Assembly: GCA_963788135.1 (NCBI GenBank)
Contig: CAWBFT010000049.1
Coordinates: forward strand, 318,546-382,545
From: an uncultured Gammaproteobacteria bacterium
GTDB taxonomy: Bacteria > Pseudomonadota > Gammaproteobacteria > Methylococcales > Methylomonadaceae
Direction: 5' to 3'
DNA: 64,000 bases
Shown here: positions 20,827 through 31,432 of the stretch, in pieces
Layout: every line of letters starts with the position of its first letter
Position numbering within the stretch: the stretch's first letter is position 1
The notes under the pieces: model-generated
Told to the model about the DNA's origin: nothing
What the model saw: the letters and a program-made list of their open reading frames with translations, nothing else
Database searches by the model: none
Program-made: the position numbers and the translations under genes

Positions 20827-22275
20827 ATGGTTTCAATGTGGCAGGATTATCAGTCGAACTATGCCTATGACGAGTTGCGCAGCGAAGCTTTGCAATCTTG
20901 CGCTTCCAGTCAGCGGCTAAGCAATCATTTAGATGATCTTGGCAGTGCAGCTCTTGAGCTTCGCAAAACTGCGGCAGAACTGGCAATTGTTGAAATGGGC
21001 GTCACTTTCACAGTCTACAGCGAAGAAGGAAACATCGATAGAGCATGGCCGTTCGACATTATTCCCCGAATAATTGAAAATAAGGAATGGTCTAAAATTG
21101 CAGTCGGTTTGCAGCAACGTCTGAAAGCATTGAATTGCTTTATAAACGACATGTACAACGAGCAGGCCTTTATTAAGGATGGCTTGATTCCCGCCTATAT
21201 AATTGAAAGCTCATCAAATTTCCTTAAAGAGTGCGTCGGCATCCAACCGAAATATGGTGTTTGGGCAAATATCTGCGGCAGCGATTTAATTAGGGATAAA
21301 GACGGTACATTTTACGTGCTTGAGGACAATCTTAGAGTGCCATCCGGTGTTTCTTACATGATTGAAAATCGTGTAATTACCAAAAAGGTTTTCCCTGAAT
21401 TACTGCAGGATCTAGATGTTCTACCTGTTGATGATTATCCTGCGCATTTGTTTGAAATGCTGGTATCAATCGCGCCTCAACATGTCGATATCCCGCGAAT
21501 TGCAGTGTTAACTCCGGGTATTTATAACTCCGCCTATTTTGAACATGCCTTTTTGGCTCAACAAATCGGTGCTGAGTTAGTGGAAGGCGCAGATTTGGTA
21601 GTACAGGATGATGATTGCGTGTACATGCGAACAATTAAGGGGCTGGAAAGAGTTGATGTAATTTATCGCCGCATTGATGATAAGTTTCTCGACCCGAATG
21701 TGTTTCGAAAAGATTCTGTATTGGGTGTTAAGGGATTGATCCGGGCTTGGAAAAAGGGCAACGTTGCTTTGGTTAACGCGCCGGGTTCTGGAGTTGCCGA
21801 TGATAAAGTTGTCTATGCCTATGTACCGCAGATGATTCGATATTATCTTAACGAAGAGCCGATTATTCCAAATGTTCCAACTTACTTGTGCAGTGATCCC
21901 GAACATCTTGATTTCGTGCTAAAGCATTTAGAAGAGTTAGTGGTTAAACCAGCCAATGAATCCGGAGGCTATGGCATGCTGGTCGGGCCGCATGCAAATA
22001 AAGAACAAATAGTTCGTTTTCGTAAGATTATCCAAGAGCAGCCGAGAAACTATATTGCTCAACCAACCATCGCTTTGTCGACCTGTCCAACCTTATGCGG
22101 AAGCCAATTAGAACCGAGACATATCGATTTGCGCCCGTTTATTCTTCAGGGCGAACACAGCTATGTCACGGCCGGTGGGTTAACTCGAGTGGCAATGAAA
22201 AAGGGCTCGTTAGTGGTTAATTCGTCCCAAGGCGGTGGTAGCAAGGATACTTGGGTTATTAATACAGGGAGTTAA
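20827..22275 (+). CDS. Circularly permuted ATP-grasp family protein
   Basis: 482 aa. Family-typical N-terminus (WQDYQSNYAYDELR...) and ATP-grasp core. Followed 2 nt later by an Alpha-E gene, the usual pairing. Confidence 0.8.
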   Translation: MVSMWQDYQSNYAYDELRSEALQSCASSQRLSNHLDDLGSAALELRKTAAELAIVEMGVTFTVYSEEGNIDRAWPFDIIPRIIENKEWSKIAVGLQQRLKALNCFINDMYNEQAFIKDGLIPAYIIESSSNFLKECVGIQPKYGVWANICGSDLIRDKDGTFYVLEDNLRVPSGVSYMIENRVITKKVFPELLQDLDVLPVDDYPAHLFEMLVSIAPQHVDIPRIAVLTPGIYNSAYFEHAFLAQQIGAELVEGADLVVQDDDCVYMRTIKGLERVDVIYRRIDDKFLDPNVFRKDSVLGVKGLIRAWKKGNVALVNAPGSGVADDKVVYAYVPQMIRYYLNEEPIIPNVPTYLCSDPEHLDFVLKHLEELVVKPANESGGYGMLVGPHANKEQIVRFRKIIQEQPRNYIAQPTIALSTCPTLCGSQLEPRHIDLRPFILQGEHSYVTAGGLTRVAMKKGSLVVNSSQGGGSKDTWVINTGS

Positions 22276-22277
22276 CC

Positions 22278-23216
22278 ATGTTATCTCGATCTGCCGAACG
22301 ATTATATTGGCTAGGGCGTTACCTTGAACGTACGGAAAATTGCGCTCGATTGCTCAGTGTTTATATGAATCTCATGTTCGATTTACCGATGAATGAAGAA
22401 ATAAGCTGGCAAAATTTATTGACTATATTCGGTGCAAAGGAGAGTTTTTTTAAACTTTATGATTTACCCAGCGAGCAAAATATTATGAGTTTTTTGCTTA
22501 CAGATAAAAAAAATGCGGGCTCCTTATTTTCATCCTTGGCTATTGCCCGCGAGAATATCAGGACATCGCGGGAATTAATGCCTGACGAGGCTTGGCACCA
22601 AGTTAACGAAATGTATTTATTAATCCGTGAGAAGGCAGATTCTGCAACGCATCGGCGAGGACGTGTTGTGTTGTTGGGTGAGATTATGCGCGGCTGTCAG
22701 CGTTTTACTGGATTTCTATCTGGTGCGATGAGCCAGGATGATGCGTTCAGATTTATCAAGATAGGGCGAAATATTGAACGTGCCGACATGACCACGCGTA
22801 TATTGGATATTGGTTCAGTATTGCTGGCGGAAGACCGTAGCGATAGACTCAGGCAATATGAAAACACGCTATGGATTAATGTCTTGAAAAGTTTGAGCGC
22901 TTTACTAATGTATCGTAAACATCGGAGGCTTCGGATTAACAGTGGAGATGTTTTGGATTATCTTATTAAGGACCACAACTTCCCGCGTTCAGTCATCCAT
23001 TGCATAAATGAAGTAAAGGCTTGCTATCAATTTTTACCCCGTTCGGAAGGTATCTCGGACAATCTCGATCAATTATCAAATTTGTTAACCGATGTGGATT
23101 TTTATCAAATTAAACCGAAAAGCTTGCACGAGTTGCTTGATAACATCCAGTTAAAATTAGGCGATGCTCACGATCAAATTGCCGCGAACTGGTTTTTAGC
23201 AGTATCCTCGGCATGA
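22278..23216 (+). CDS. Alpha-E domain protein (DUF403)
   Basis: N-terminus AERLYWLGRYLERTENCARLL is diagnostic of the Alpha-E family. Confidence 0.8.
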   Translation: MLSRSAERLYWLGRYLERTENCARLLSVYMNLMFDLPMNEEISWQNLLTIFGAKESFFKLYDLPSEQNIMSFLLTDKKNAGSLFSSLAIARENIRTSRELMPDEAWHQVNEMYLLIREKADSATHRRGRVVLLGEIMRGCQRFTGFLSGAMSQDDAFRFIKIGRNIERADMTTRILDIGSVLLAEDRSDRLRQYENTLWINVLKSLSALLMYRKHRRLRINSGDVLDYLIKDHNFPRSVIHCINEVKACYQFLPRSEGISDNLDQLSNLLTDVDFYQIKPKSLHELLDNIQLKLGDAHDQIAANWFLAVSSA

Positions 23217-23526
23217 TTTGTTATTACTGTAGATACGGGGTAGAAGTGTTTTTTTGAGAATAATCAATGCGAGGCTTGAGGCAGTCAGTTAGGCTTTAAT
23301 CCCTAACGTCAGCAGTTCCATGCTTTGCAAGTACGCGCTGATGGCGGCTGAATTTCTGTAAAGTCGGGAGAAACTTTCAATTGTTGCGAAATGCGGGGTG
23401 ATCTTTGTTAGCAGTTTCCAACAAAGCTTAATGCAATGGTCGAAGTTAGTTTTTATTTTAAACCCACTTAACCGGAGTATGGGAGATGGCAATACTTATC
23501 AATTCGGCAGCACATCTGGTAGGGGC

Positions 23527-24282
23527 TTATAGGCCATCGCGTAAAGGCTTGGCGTGTGTAAGGTCATAATGCGGTAGGGCAATAAACGCATTGCGCAATT
23601 CCTCATGCCAGCAACGTTTAATGGTTAATAAATAGTCATCATCGGCATCAAAACAGTAATATTCATCAAAGCTCAGGCTGTCCTTGCGGTAAACCAAAAG
23701 CTCAATGGGGGGGCCTACACTGGCGTTGCTACGGATGGTTGAATCCATGGAAATCAAACAGCATCGTCCAGCTTCATCCAGATGAGTAGACATCTTTATG
23801 AATCGATCCAGTACTGGTTTGCCATATTTGCTTTCACCAATCTGCAAATAAGGCGTTTGTCTTGATGTCGTAATGCTGTTGCCTTCAGCATATATCATAT
23901 AAGCGCCATGCGCTTCGTTGCCGATTTGTCCGGCAATAATGAAGGTCGCCGTCGGATTAAAACTGCATTGGCCTTCGTCTTCCTTGTGACGTTTTTGCTT
24001 GTCGACACTTATCCGTCCAATATAATCCGCCGCTTCGGATAAATATTGCACAGAATTCAAGTTAACCAAGGTGTTTTCGCGTTTGTCACGACGAAGTTGT
24101 TCAACGACTGCTTGCGTGGTCGCCAGATTCCCGGCATTCAGCAACACCAATTTCCGGTCAGGAGGTGTTGCGAACACGTGCATTTTTCCGTACGTGCTGA
24201 CGCTATCAATGCCGGCATTGGTGCGTGAATCCGACACCAATACCAGTCCTTCATCCACAGAAACCGCAATGCAATAAGTCAT
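23527..24282 (-). CDS. Anbu (ancestral beta-subunit) proteasome-homologue peptidase, Ntn-hydrolase
   Basis: MTYCIAVSVDEGLVLVSDSRTNAG carries the N-terminal Thr nucleophile typical of Anbu/HslV-like proteins. Convergent with the ATP-grasp / Alpha-E pair. Confidence 0.75.
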   Translation of the reverse strand: MTYCIAVSVDEGLVLVSDSRTNAGIDSVSTYGKMHVFATPPDRKLVLLNAGNLATTQAVVEQLRRDKRENTLVNLNSVQYLSEAADYIGRISVDKQKRHKEDEGQCSFNPTATFIIAGQIGNEAHGAYMIYAEGNSITTSRQTPYLQIGESKYGKPVLDRFIKMSTHLDEAGRCCLISMDSTIRSNASVGPPIELLVYRKDSLSFDEYYCFDADDDYLLTIKRCWHEELRNAFIALPHYDLTHAKPLRDGL

Positions 24283-24428
24283 GTTTTTACCAATTAGTAA
24301 TCAATCTGCAAATTTAAGTAATAAAGTTAACCACGGATTTTCCCGTAGCGCGTAAATTAATCCAGAGACTACAATAATAACTAAAATTCATCGTTTCATC
24401 CTATAGGTTTTAACCTAATTTTGATTAA

Positions 24429-25640
24429 ATGATCGTCAACAAATCGCGTCGCTCGTTCTTTAAGCAAACATCTAACTGTTGCATGTGTGGCTGCTTTTCT
24501 GGTTTAGCCAATTTGCGGCTTGCAAATCGTTGCCTCAATCCTGAAGATACGCCTTGTTCTGAATTGGAAAAACAAGCATGGAGGGGCGTTAATCCCGATA
24601 AATGGTGGGATTGCCATACCCATATTGTAGGTTCGGGTGATGGCGGCAGCGGTATCTTTCTTCATGCTGCCATGCAGCAACCATTACGGCATCCAATACA
24701 AAGCCTTTTGTATAAAGCTTATGCGAATGCGGCTTGTACTGGAAAACTAGGTAGTCAGGATGTCGCTTTCGTTGAAAGACTTGTGGCGCTTATGGAAACC
24801 ATGCCTAAAGGCGCGAAAGCCATGTTGTTTGCTTTCGATAAAGTATACGATTCTTACGGCAATCCAAGTGATGCAAAGACCTCCTTTTTTGTCCCCAACG
24901 ATTATGCGATGGCTCTGGCAAAAGCTTATCCTGATCGCTTTGAATGGGTTGCTAGCGTCCATCCGTACCGTAAAGATTGCGAGGCTGTATTGGAGCAGTG
25001 CCATTTGCAAGGTGCAAAAGCGATCAAATGGCTGCCCTCATCCATGGGCATAGACCCAGCCGACCCTAAATGTGAGCCTTTTTACAGGGCAGCGGCGAAG
25101 CTGAATCTGCCAATCATCAGTCACGGTGGTGAAGAAAAATCGGTGCATGGTGCAAATCAGCAGGAATTAAGTAATCCGCTTCGCCTTCGGCGTGCGCTGG
25201 ATGCCGGGTTGAGGATTGTGATTGCCCATTGCGCAACTTTGGGTAACGAAAAGGATGAGCAAGGGAAAAAATGCAGAAATTTCGATATTTTTGCCCGGTT
25301 AATGGCGGAAAACCAATGGCAAAAACAATTATTCGGGGATATATCAGCCATCACCCTAAGAAATCGCGAAATGGAAGTGGTCAAAACTCTGATTTCGGAA
25401 ACTGCTTGGCATGATCGACTGCTGAATGGATCCGATTATCCGTTAACCGGCGTTCTGCCGCTTATATCGGTTAAAAGCTTTGTACGCTCCGGATTGTTGT
25501 CCGAAGATAACATTAAGCCGCTGCTGGCATTGCAGGATCATCACCCGTTCCGATTCGATTTCGTGCTAAAACGCAGTCTGACTTGGCAAGGAAAGCGTTT
25601 TGCTAGCAGTATCTTTGAAACGCGGCCCTTTTTTAATTAA
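24429..25640 (+). CDS. Amidohydrolase-2 (TIM-barrel metal-dependent hydrolase) family protein with a Tat signal
   Basis: Twin-arginine motif KSRRSFFKQT. CHTH / HGGEE / AHCA metal-ligand-like motifs. Confidence 0.6.
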   Translation: MIVNKSRRSFFKQTSNCCMCGCFSGLANLRLANRCLNPEDTPCSELEKQAWRGVNPDKWWDCHTHIVGSGDGGSGIFLHAAMQQPLRHPIQSLLYKAYANAACTGKLGSQDVAFVERLVALMETMPKGAKAMLFAFDKVYDSYGNPSDAKTSFFVPNDYAMALAKAYPDRFEWVASVHPYRKDCEAVLEQCHLQGAKAIKWLPSSMGIDPADPKCEPFYRAAAKLNLPIISHGGEEKSVHGANQQELSNPLRLRRALDAGLRIVIAHCATLGNEKDEQGKKCRNFDIFARLMAENQWQKQLFGDISAITLRNREMEVVKTLISETAWHDRLLNGSDYPLTGVLPLISVKSFVRSGLLSEDNIKPLLALQDHHPFRFDFVLKRSLTWQGKRFASSIFETRPFFN

Positions 25641-26424
25641 CAGCCAACTTAACTGCCATAATAAAAATCAAGATAGAGAAATAGCGTTTAAGTTTTTTAG
25701 CGGGCAGTTTATGCGCTAATTTTGCCCCGATGGGAGCTGTAAATAGGCTGGCGAATCCTACCGCAAGAAATGAAGGCATATAAATGTAGCCAACGCTGTA
25801 ATCTGGCGCTTGAGTAATTTTCAGCCCCAGCAATACATAACTGGTCGTGCCTGCCAAAGCAATCGGCAGGCCACAGGCGCTGGAGATCGCAACCGCGTTG
25901 CGCATGGGGTAATGGCTATGTGCCAGATAGGGTACGGTTAAGGTGCCGCCACCGATGCCGACTAGAGCCGAGAGTGTGCCAATCAGAATGGCAACAAAAA
26001 AATCCATCAACCTGGATGGGTTACTCATGCCAGATTTGGGTTGGCCGCCTCGTGCCAATTCAATGCCGACATAAAACAAAAAAACTACAAAAATTATCCG
26101 CAAAATTTCGGTTTGGATTTTATCGGCGACTAAAGCCCCCAGGCCGGCGCCAACCATAATTCCAGGGGCTAATCGAAACACTTTTTGCCATGATACCGAA
26201 CCCAAGCGGTGGTGGCTGTAAACCGAAGAGGTCGCAGTAATGATTATCGCGGAGAGTGATGTTGCTATCGCCATGATCATAATTAACTCTTTTGGAAAAT
26301 CGTGTGCAGTAAATAAAAGTACCAGTACAGGTACGGTCACCAAGCCGCCGCCGATGCCAAATAGCCCGGCTAACAGGCCGGTGCAAAGGCCTAAGCCTAG
26401 ACTGCCAAAAATAATATCCTGCAA
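25633..26424 (-). CDS. TauE/SafE family sulfite/anion exporter membrane protein
   Basis: 263 aa. Two GxGGG repeats (GIGGGLVTVP, GIGGGTLTVP). Eight TM helices. Confidence 0.85.
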   Translation of the reverse strand: MQDIIFGSLGLGLCTGLLAGLFGIGGGLVTVPVLVLLFTAHDFPKELIMIMAIATSLSAIIITATSSVYSHHRLGSVSWQKVFRLAPGIMVGAGLGALVADKIQTEILRIIFVVFLFYVGIELARGGQPKSGMSNPSRLMDFFVAILIGTLSALVGIGGGTLTVPYLAHSHYPMRNAVAISSACGLPIALAGTTSYVLLGLKITQAPDYSVGYIYMPSFLAVGFASLFTAPIGAKLAHKLPAKKLKRYFSILIFIMAVKLAVN

Positions 26425-26523
26425 ATATATCTCCTGGATCAGCGAGCCTGTGGTGGGTTGTCATTATGCCGGTTTTAATCGGGTTTATGCTATCCTAACC
26501 TGTATGTTATTGGTTAAGAATTA

Positions 26524-27765
26524 TTGATGCAAAAGTATCTGGTTGGTGGCGCCGTCCGAGACAGGTTACTTGGCTATCCGGTGACTGAATATGACTGGGT
26601 GGTGGTTGGTGAAACGCCGGAATCCATGCTGAAACAGGGCTTCCGCGCTGTTGGTAAAGATTTTCCGGTCTTCCTGCATCCGGAAAGCCATGAGGAATAT
26701 GCGCTCGCCAGGACTGAGCGTAAAACGGCGCCAGGTTACAAAGGCTTTGCCATTCAAGCCAGCGCGAATGTCACATTGGAGCAGGATTTATTACGGCGCG
26801 ATTTAACGATTAACGCCATTGCCATGACGCCATCCGGGGAGATCATCGATCCATATGGAGGAGAGGCGGATCTTAACCGGCGGGTTTTCCGGCATGTTTC
26901 ACCCGCATTTGCCGAAGATCCAGTGCGCATCCTGCGCGTTGCCCGTTTTGCGGCGCGTTATCAAACATTTGGTTTTAAGCTGGCGCCGGATACCCTTGAG
27001 CTGATGCGGGCAATGGTGGATGCGGGTGAAGTCGATTATCTCGTTCCCGAACGGGTGTGGGCGGAGCTTTACAAAGCGTTAACCGAGACTTCGCCCTCAG
27101 CATTTTTTTGTATTCTGAAAGATTGCGACGCGCTGGAAAAAATCTTTCCAGAAATTTTTAACCTTTTTGGCGTTCCGCAACCACCTAAATATCATCCGGA
27201 AATCGATACCGGTATTCATGTGCTAATGAGCCTTGAGCAAGCCGCCATATTATCCCCAAAACCGGAAATCAGGTTCGCCGCATTAATGCATGACTTGGGT
27301 AAGGCGTTGTCGCCCAAAGAAAATTTGCCGCATCATCGCGGGCATGAAATAAAAGGCTTGCCCTTGCTGGAAACTTTATGCCGCCGCTTGCGTGTGCCCA
27401 CCGCATTTAAAGCGTTGGCATTGTTGGTGATGCAGTATCATACCCATTGCCACAAGGCGTTTGAAATGCGATCGGGAACAATAGCGGATTTGTTAACCGC
27501 TTTAGGGGCTTTTAAGCCACATCATAATCATTTGCCAGATTTCTTGTTGGCCTGCGAAGCTGACGCCAAAGGTCGAACCGGATTGGAGCATCAACCTTAT
27601 CCTCAAGCAGCTTATTTGTTAACCCTTGCGCAAACGGCGATGGCTGTTGATATCAATCCGATATTGAATGGTCAATTGCAAGGCGCCGAGATCGGTGACG
27701 AGATCCGTCGATTGCGTATTCAAGCGATTACCGATAAGATCAAAACAATGAAACAAACTATTTAA
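26524..27765 (+). CDS. cca: Multifunctional CCA-adding tRNA nucleotidyltransferase / phosphohydrolase
   Basis: N-terminus [13 protein letters not shown], followed by an HD domain. Confidence 0.9.
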   Translation: MMQKYLVGGAVRDRLLGYPVTEYDWVVVGETPESMLKQGFRAVGKDFPVFLHPESHEEYALARTERKTAPGYKGFAIQASANVTLEQDLLRRDLTINAIAMTPSGEIIDPYGGEADLNRRVFRHVSPAFAEDPVRILRVARFAARYQTFGFKLAPDTLELMRAMVDAGEVDYLVPERVWAELYKALTETSPSAFFCILKDCDALEKIFPEIFNLFGVPQPPKYHPEIDTGIHVLMSLEQAAILSPKPEIRFAALMHDLGKALSPKENLPHHRGHEIKGLPLLETLCRRLRVPTAFKALALLVMQYHTHCHKAFEMRSGTIADLLTALGAFKPHHNHLPDFLLACEADAKGRTGLEHQPYPQAAYLLTLAQTAMAVDINPILNGQLQGAEIGDEIRRLRIQAITDKIKTMKQTI

Positions 27766-27780
27766 TCAAAAAACTTAACT

Positions 27781-28263
27781 ATGCCTTCGTTTGATATTAT
27801 TTCCGAGTTTGACCCGCATGAAGTCACCAACGCTGTTGATCAAGCCAGTAAAGAAGTGGGTACCCGCTTCGACTTTAAAGGCACGGATTCCAGCTTTGAG
27901 TTAACCGACAATAAAATCGTGATGATTTCCGAATCTACTTTTCAGCTGCAACAAATGTTCAGTATTGTTTGCACCAAATTAAGCCGTCGCGGAATCGACA
28001 TCGCCTGTTTGGATGTTGGCGATGCCAAGGGCAGTGGCAAATTGATGCGGCAGGAAGTTACCTTGAAGCAAGGGTTGGATAGCGCTTACGCCAAAAAATT
28101 GGTTAAGCTGATTAAAGACAAAAAGCTCAAGGTACAAGCGGCCATTCAGGGCGATCAAATTCGCGTTACCGGAAAAAAACGCGATGACTTGCAAGAAGTA
28201 ATCCAAATGTTAAGACAGGAAAAACTGGAACAGCCACTGCAGTTTGAGAATTTCAGGGATTAG
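27781..28263 (+). CDS. yajQ: YajQ-family (UPF0234) nucleotide / c-di-GMP-binding protein
   Basis: 160 aa. MPSFDIISEFDPHEVTNAVDQASKEVGTRFDFKG is typical of YajQ. Confidence 0.85.
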   Translation: MPSFDIISEFDPHEVTNAVDQASKEVGTRFDFKGTDSSFELTDNKIVMISESTFQLQQMFSIVCTKLSRRGIDIACLDVGDAKGSGKLMRQEVTLKQGLDSAYAKKLVKLIKDKKLKVQAAIQGDQIRVTGKKRDDLQEVIQMLRQEKLEQPLQFENFRD

Positions 28264-28305
28264 TGGGTTGCCTGTCATTTAAAATCGAAGATCCTGATAA
28301 ATTAG

Positions 28306-28893
28306 CTACTTTTCGATCTCTGTTACCACTGGTTTCATGCCGTTTTTTTGCAAGCGGGACATCAAGCTATTGACGTTATTCATTTGGTTGTACGGCCCGA
28401 TCTTAACCCGATACCAGGTAACATTTTCTACCTTGGCTTTCTGGATAGTCGATTCGATACCCATTAGCGCCAATTTTGCTTTTAAGCGATCGGCTTCTTC
28501 AAAATCTTTGTAAGAACCGGCTTGTAAAATGTAAAGGGTGGATTTGTTTTTGCCGATATGCTCCTCCCGGGTACGGGTTTTAACTTCATAGTCAGGCACA
28601 ATCACTTCTTTTTTGGGCAAGATGGTATAAAAATCAAATTGTGGCGTCTGTGGTTTTTCTTCTTTGGTTTCAGCTTTTTCAGCTGGTTTGATTTCTGATG
28701 GCTCGGTTGTCGCGACTTGGTTTGCCTGCTTGTTGAAATCAGGGCTTTTCAGGTAAACCAAAAACACTGCAAAACCGATGGCGATAGCAGTAATCAGCAT
28801 CCATCTGACTATGCCGCCATTGTTTTGGGGGCGTTGACGCTGCCTGTCATTGGTATCTCGGTTATAGGTGCGGTGTTTGTAATCTTTAGCCAT
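28306..28893 (-). CDS. SPOR-domain cell-division protein (DedD/FtsN-like)
   Basis: N-terminal TM segment, Lys/Glu-rich linker and a C-terminal SPOR domain (YILQAGSYKDFEEADRLKAKLALMG...WYRVKIGPY). Confidence 0.75.
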   Translation of the reverse strand: MAKDYKHRTYNRDTNDRQRQRPQNNGGIVRWMLITAIAIGFAVFLVYLKSPDFNKQANQVATTEPSEIKPAEKAETKEEKPQTPQFDFYTILPKKEVIVPDYEVKTRTREEHIGKNKSTLYILQAGSYKDFEEADRLKAKLALMGIESTIQKAKVENVTWYRVKIGPYNQMNNVNSLMSRLQKNGMKPVVTEIEK

Positions 28894-30653
28894 TACATCG
28901 TTTCAGGTGTGTTGATGTTCAACAATTTTAGACCATTTGCAAGAACCTGCTTAACGGCGGAAACCAGATTTAATCGCGCATCTCTAAGTTCCGCTTCGTC
29001 CACCAAAAATTGGTGCGCGTTATAGTAAGTATGGAAGTCATTTGCCAACTCACGCAAGTATAAAATCAACTGGTGCGGTTCATGGCTTAAGGCGGCGCGT
29101 TCCAATGCTTCAGGATAACGTGCCAGCGTTGTTAACAAGTTAACCTCATGATCTTCTGTTAATTTGATCAAGTTGTCCATGCCTGATGCGATATTACGGG
29201 TGAAGCCCTTTTCAGCTATCTGACGTAATACGCTACAGACCCGCGCATGAGCATATTGCACATAATATACCGGATTCTCGCTGGTTTTTGACGTGGCGAG
29301 TTGCAAGTCGAAATCCATGTGCTGTTCAGAACGGCGCATCACATAGAAAAAGCGTGCTGCGTCTTTGCCTACTTCGTTACGTAATTGCCGCAGGGTAACA
29401 AATTCGCCGGAGCGGGTGGACATCTGTACTTTTTCATCGCCCCGATAAAGCGTGGCAAATTGCACCAGCAACACTTTCAACTTATTGGCGTCAGCGCCCA
29501 AAGCCTGGATGGCGGCCTTAACCCGCGGAATGTAACCGTGGTGGTCGGCGCCCCAGATATCGATAATCTGGTCAAAACCACGGTCCAGCTTATTCATGTG
29601 GTAAGCGATATCGGATGCAAAATACGTGAACTGTCCATTCTCACGTTTGACAACCCTATCCTTTTCATCGCCCAATTGGCTGGAAGCGAACCAAATCGCC
29701 CCGTCTTTCTCATACAAATGACCGGATTTTTTCAATCTTTCCAAGGCTTTGTCGACTGATCCGTTTTCTACCAAGTGTTGTTCGGAAAACCATTCCTGAT
29801 AGTTAACGCCGAATTCTTCCAAATCATTTTTAATGTCTTCCAAAATATCTTTCAATCCGGCTTGAAAAATATCTCGATAGCCATTGGTTCCCAACAACGT
29901 TTTTGTTCGGTTGATCAACGCATCAATGTGCGCTTCCTTATCGCCGCCTTGTGCTTCATCTGCGGGTATTTCTTCAACAACCAGATTAAAAGGTCGCCGA
30001 TATTCATTTCCGGATTTCTTATGGATTTCCCTGGCAATATCGCTGACATAGTCGCCCCGGTAGGCGTTATCCGGAAAGCGCACCGGCTCACCACATTCCT
30101 CCAAATATCTTAACCAGATACTGGTGGCGAGAATGTCCATTTGCCTTCCGGCATCGTTGACATAATATTCACGATGCACATTAAAACCGACTGCTGCCAG
30201 CAAATCCGCTACGGCTGATCCGTAAGCCGCGCCACGACCATGCCCGACATGCAATGGGCCGGTAGGGTTTGCGGAGACAAATTCGACTTGTATTTTTTTG
30301 CCCGATCCAATCCGGCTGCAACCATAATCTTTGCCTAATTCATGGATTTGCCGGACTACATCAAATTGCGAGCTCGCATCCATGAAAAAATTGATGAAGC
30401 CAGGGCCGGCGATATCCACTTTTGTGATCGCCGTATCTTTCGGTAATGCGGCGACCAGTTTTTCCGCCAATTTACGCGGATTCATTTTCGCCTGCTTTGC
30501 CAGTATCATCGCCAGATTAGTGGCAAAGTCTCCGTGCAAAGGGTCCCGGCAGCGTTCGACGATGATCGAGGCAATAACGTCACTAGCGATAATATCTTCT
30601 TTTTTAAGGGTTTCGATAGCTTTCAGAATAAGGGCTTCTAACTTTTTCTTCAT
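28893..30653 (-). CDS. argS: Arginine--tRNA ligase
   Basis: HIGH-region motif [11 protein letters not shown] and KMSK-like MSTRSG. Start taken at [11 protein letters not shown] (30653); the ORF-track start is 30698. Confidence 0.9.
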   Translation of the reverse strand: MKKKLEALILKAIETLKKEDIIASDVIASIIVERCRDPLHGDFATNLAMILAKQAKMNPRKLAEKLVAALPKDTAITKVDIAGPGFINFFMDASSQFDVVRQIHELGKDYGCSRIGSGKKIQVEFVSANPTGPLHVGHGRGAAYGSAVADLLAAVGFNVHREYYVNDAGRQMDILATSIWLRYLEECGEPVRFPDNAYRGDYVSDIAREIHKKSGNEYRRPFNLVVEEIPADEAQGGDKEAHIDALINRTKTLLGTNGYRDIFQAGLKDILEDIKNDLEEFGVNYQEWFSEQHLVENGSVDKALERLKKSGHLYEKDGAIWFASSQLGDEKDRVVKRENGQFTYFASDIAYHMNKLDRGFDQIIDIWGADHHGYIPRVKAAIQALGADANKLKVLLVQFATLYRGDEKVQMSTRSGEFVTLRQLRNEVGKDAARFFYVMRRSEQHMDFDLQLATSKTSENPVYYVQYAHARVCSVLRQIAEKGFTRNIASGMDNLIKLTEDHEVNLLTTLARYPEALERAALSHEPHQLILYLRELANDFHTYYNAHQFLVDEAELRDARLNLVSAVKQVLANGLKLLNINTPETM

Positions 30654-31092
30654 GAACCTTGTTTTTTGTAAAACTAATAATAACCCTTCATTATCCATGA
30701 TATCGCCAAGTTTATCTATGCAAACGCAAGTTGGCTCAAGTTATTTGTTGCCCCAATGCTTAATTTAGGTAGTACCGTCAAAACCTCCTCAAAATAAAGC
30801 TTCGGTGAATAAAAATATATATTTTATTTGTAATGTTGCCTTCGTGATTTTTCTTTAAATAAAATAGATATGATAATTTTATCAATAAGATAAATAAACA
30901 TATTACAAATATGGCATGGATATCGCTTAGTTATTTTTGTCGTTCATTGAGCTCAAGTGCTGACAAGTTGTGGTTTTTGCCACGCTGGTGCAACTTAACC
31001 CAATCTTGGTCGTTAGGTTGTATGCCGCCGAGTTCAAAATTGACAAACGGGTGGTTCTGGAGAATATAGATTGGTTCTATTCCAATACGCCC

Positions 31093-31164
31093 CAATGGAT
31101 AGCTCAATGGTAGAGCAATAGACTAATAATCTATCTGTCGTGGGTTCGACTCCCACTCCAACGG
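31093..31164 (+). tRNA. tRNA-like element, possible pseudo-tRNA: anticodon loop CTAATAA (anticodon AAT) and two acceptor-stem mismatches
   Basis: Cloverleaf by eye. D arm GCTC-AATGGTA-GAGC, anticodon arm ATAGA-CTAATAA-TCTAT, variable loop CTGTC, T arm GTGGG-TTCGACT-CCCAC. Acceptor CAATGGA pairs with TCCAACG with A-A and A-C mismatches. No CCA encoded. Conserved U8, A14, G18G19, A21, T54T55C56, A58 are all present. Confidence 0.5.
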
Positions 31165-31432
31165 TCTGTAAAACCGATATTAATAAATGCAGTAGGGCTG
31201 GTTGTGGAATGCATAAGCCTCCATTGCCTTTAACCCGCGAAAGAATTGCTGAACGGGCAAGCCGTCAGGTCGCTTTGAATGGCGAAGCGTATGGTTGAAT
31301 TAACAGTTATCGGGTTAGTGCAGGCTTAAGCGGGAACATTTCATCGCGCCTTTCATCTCCCTCGTTTAGCCGGACGGACGATTAGGTTAAGGGTATTGAC
31401 CAGATTTTTAGTAATGGAAGGGAATAATAATT

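Noticed and set aside
28717-30768. Four plus-strand ORFs of 100-145 aa overlapping argS
   Set aside because: They are antisense to a highly conserved aminoacyl-tRNA synthetase gene and show no homology signals.
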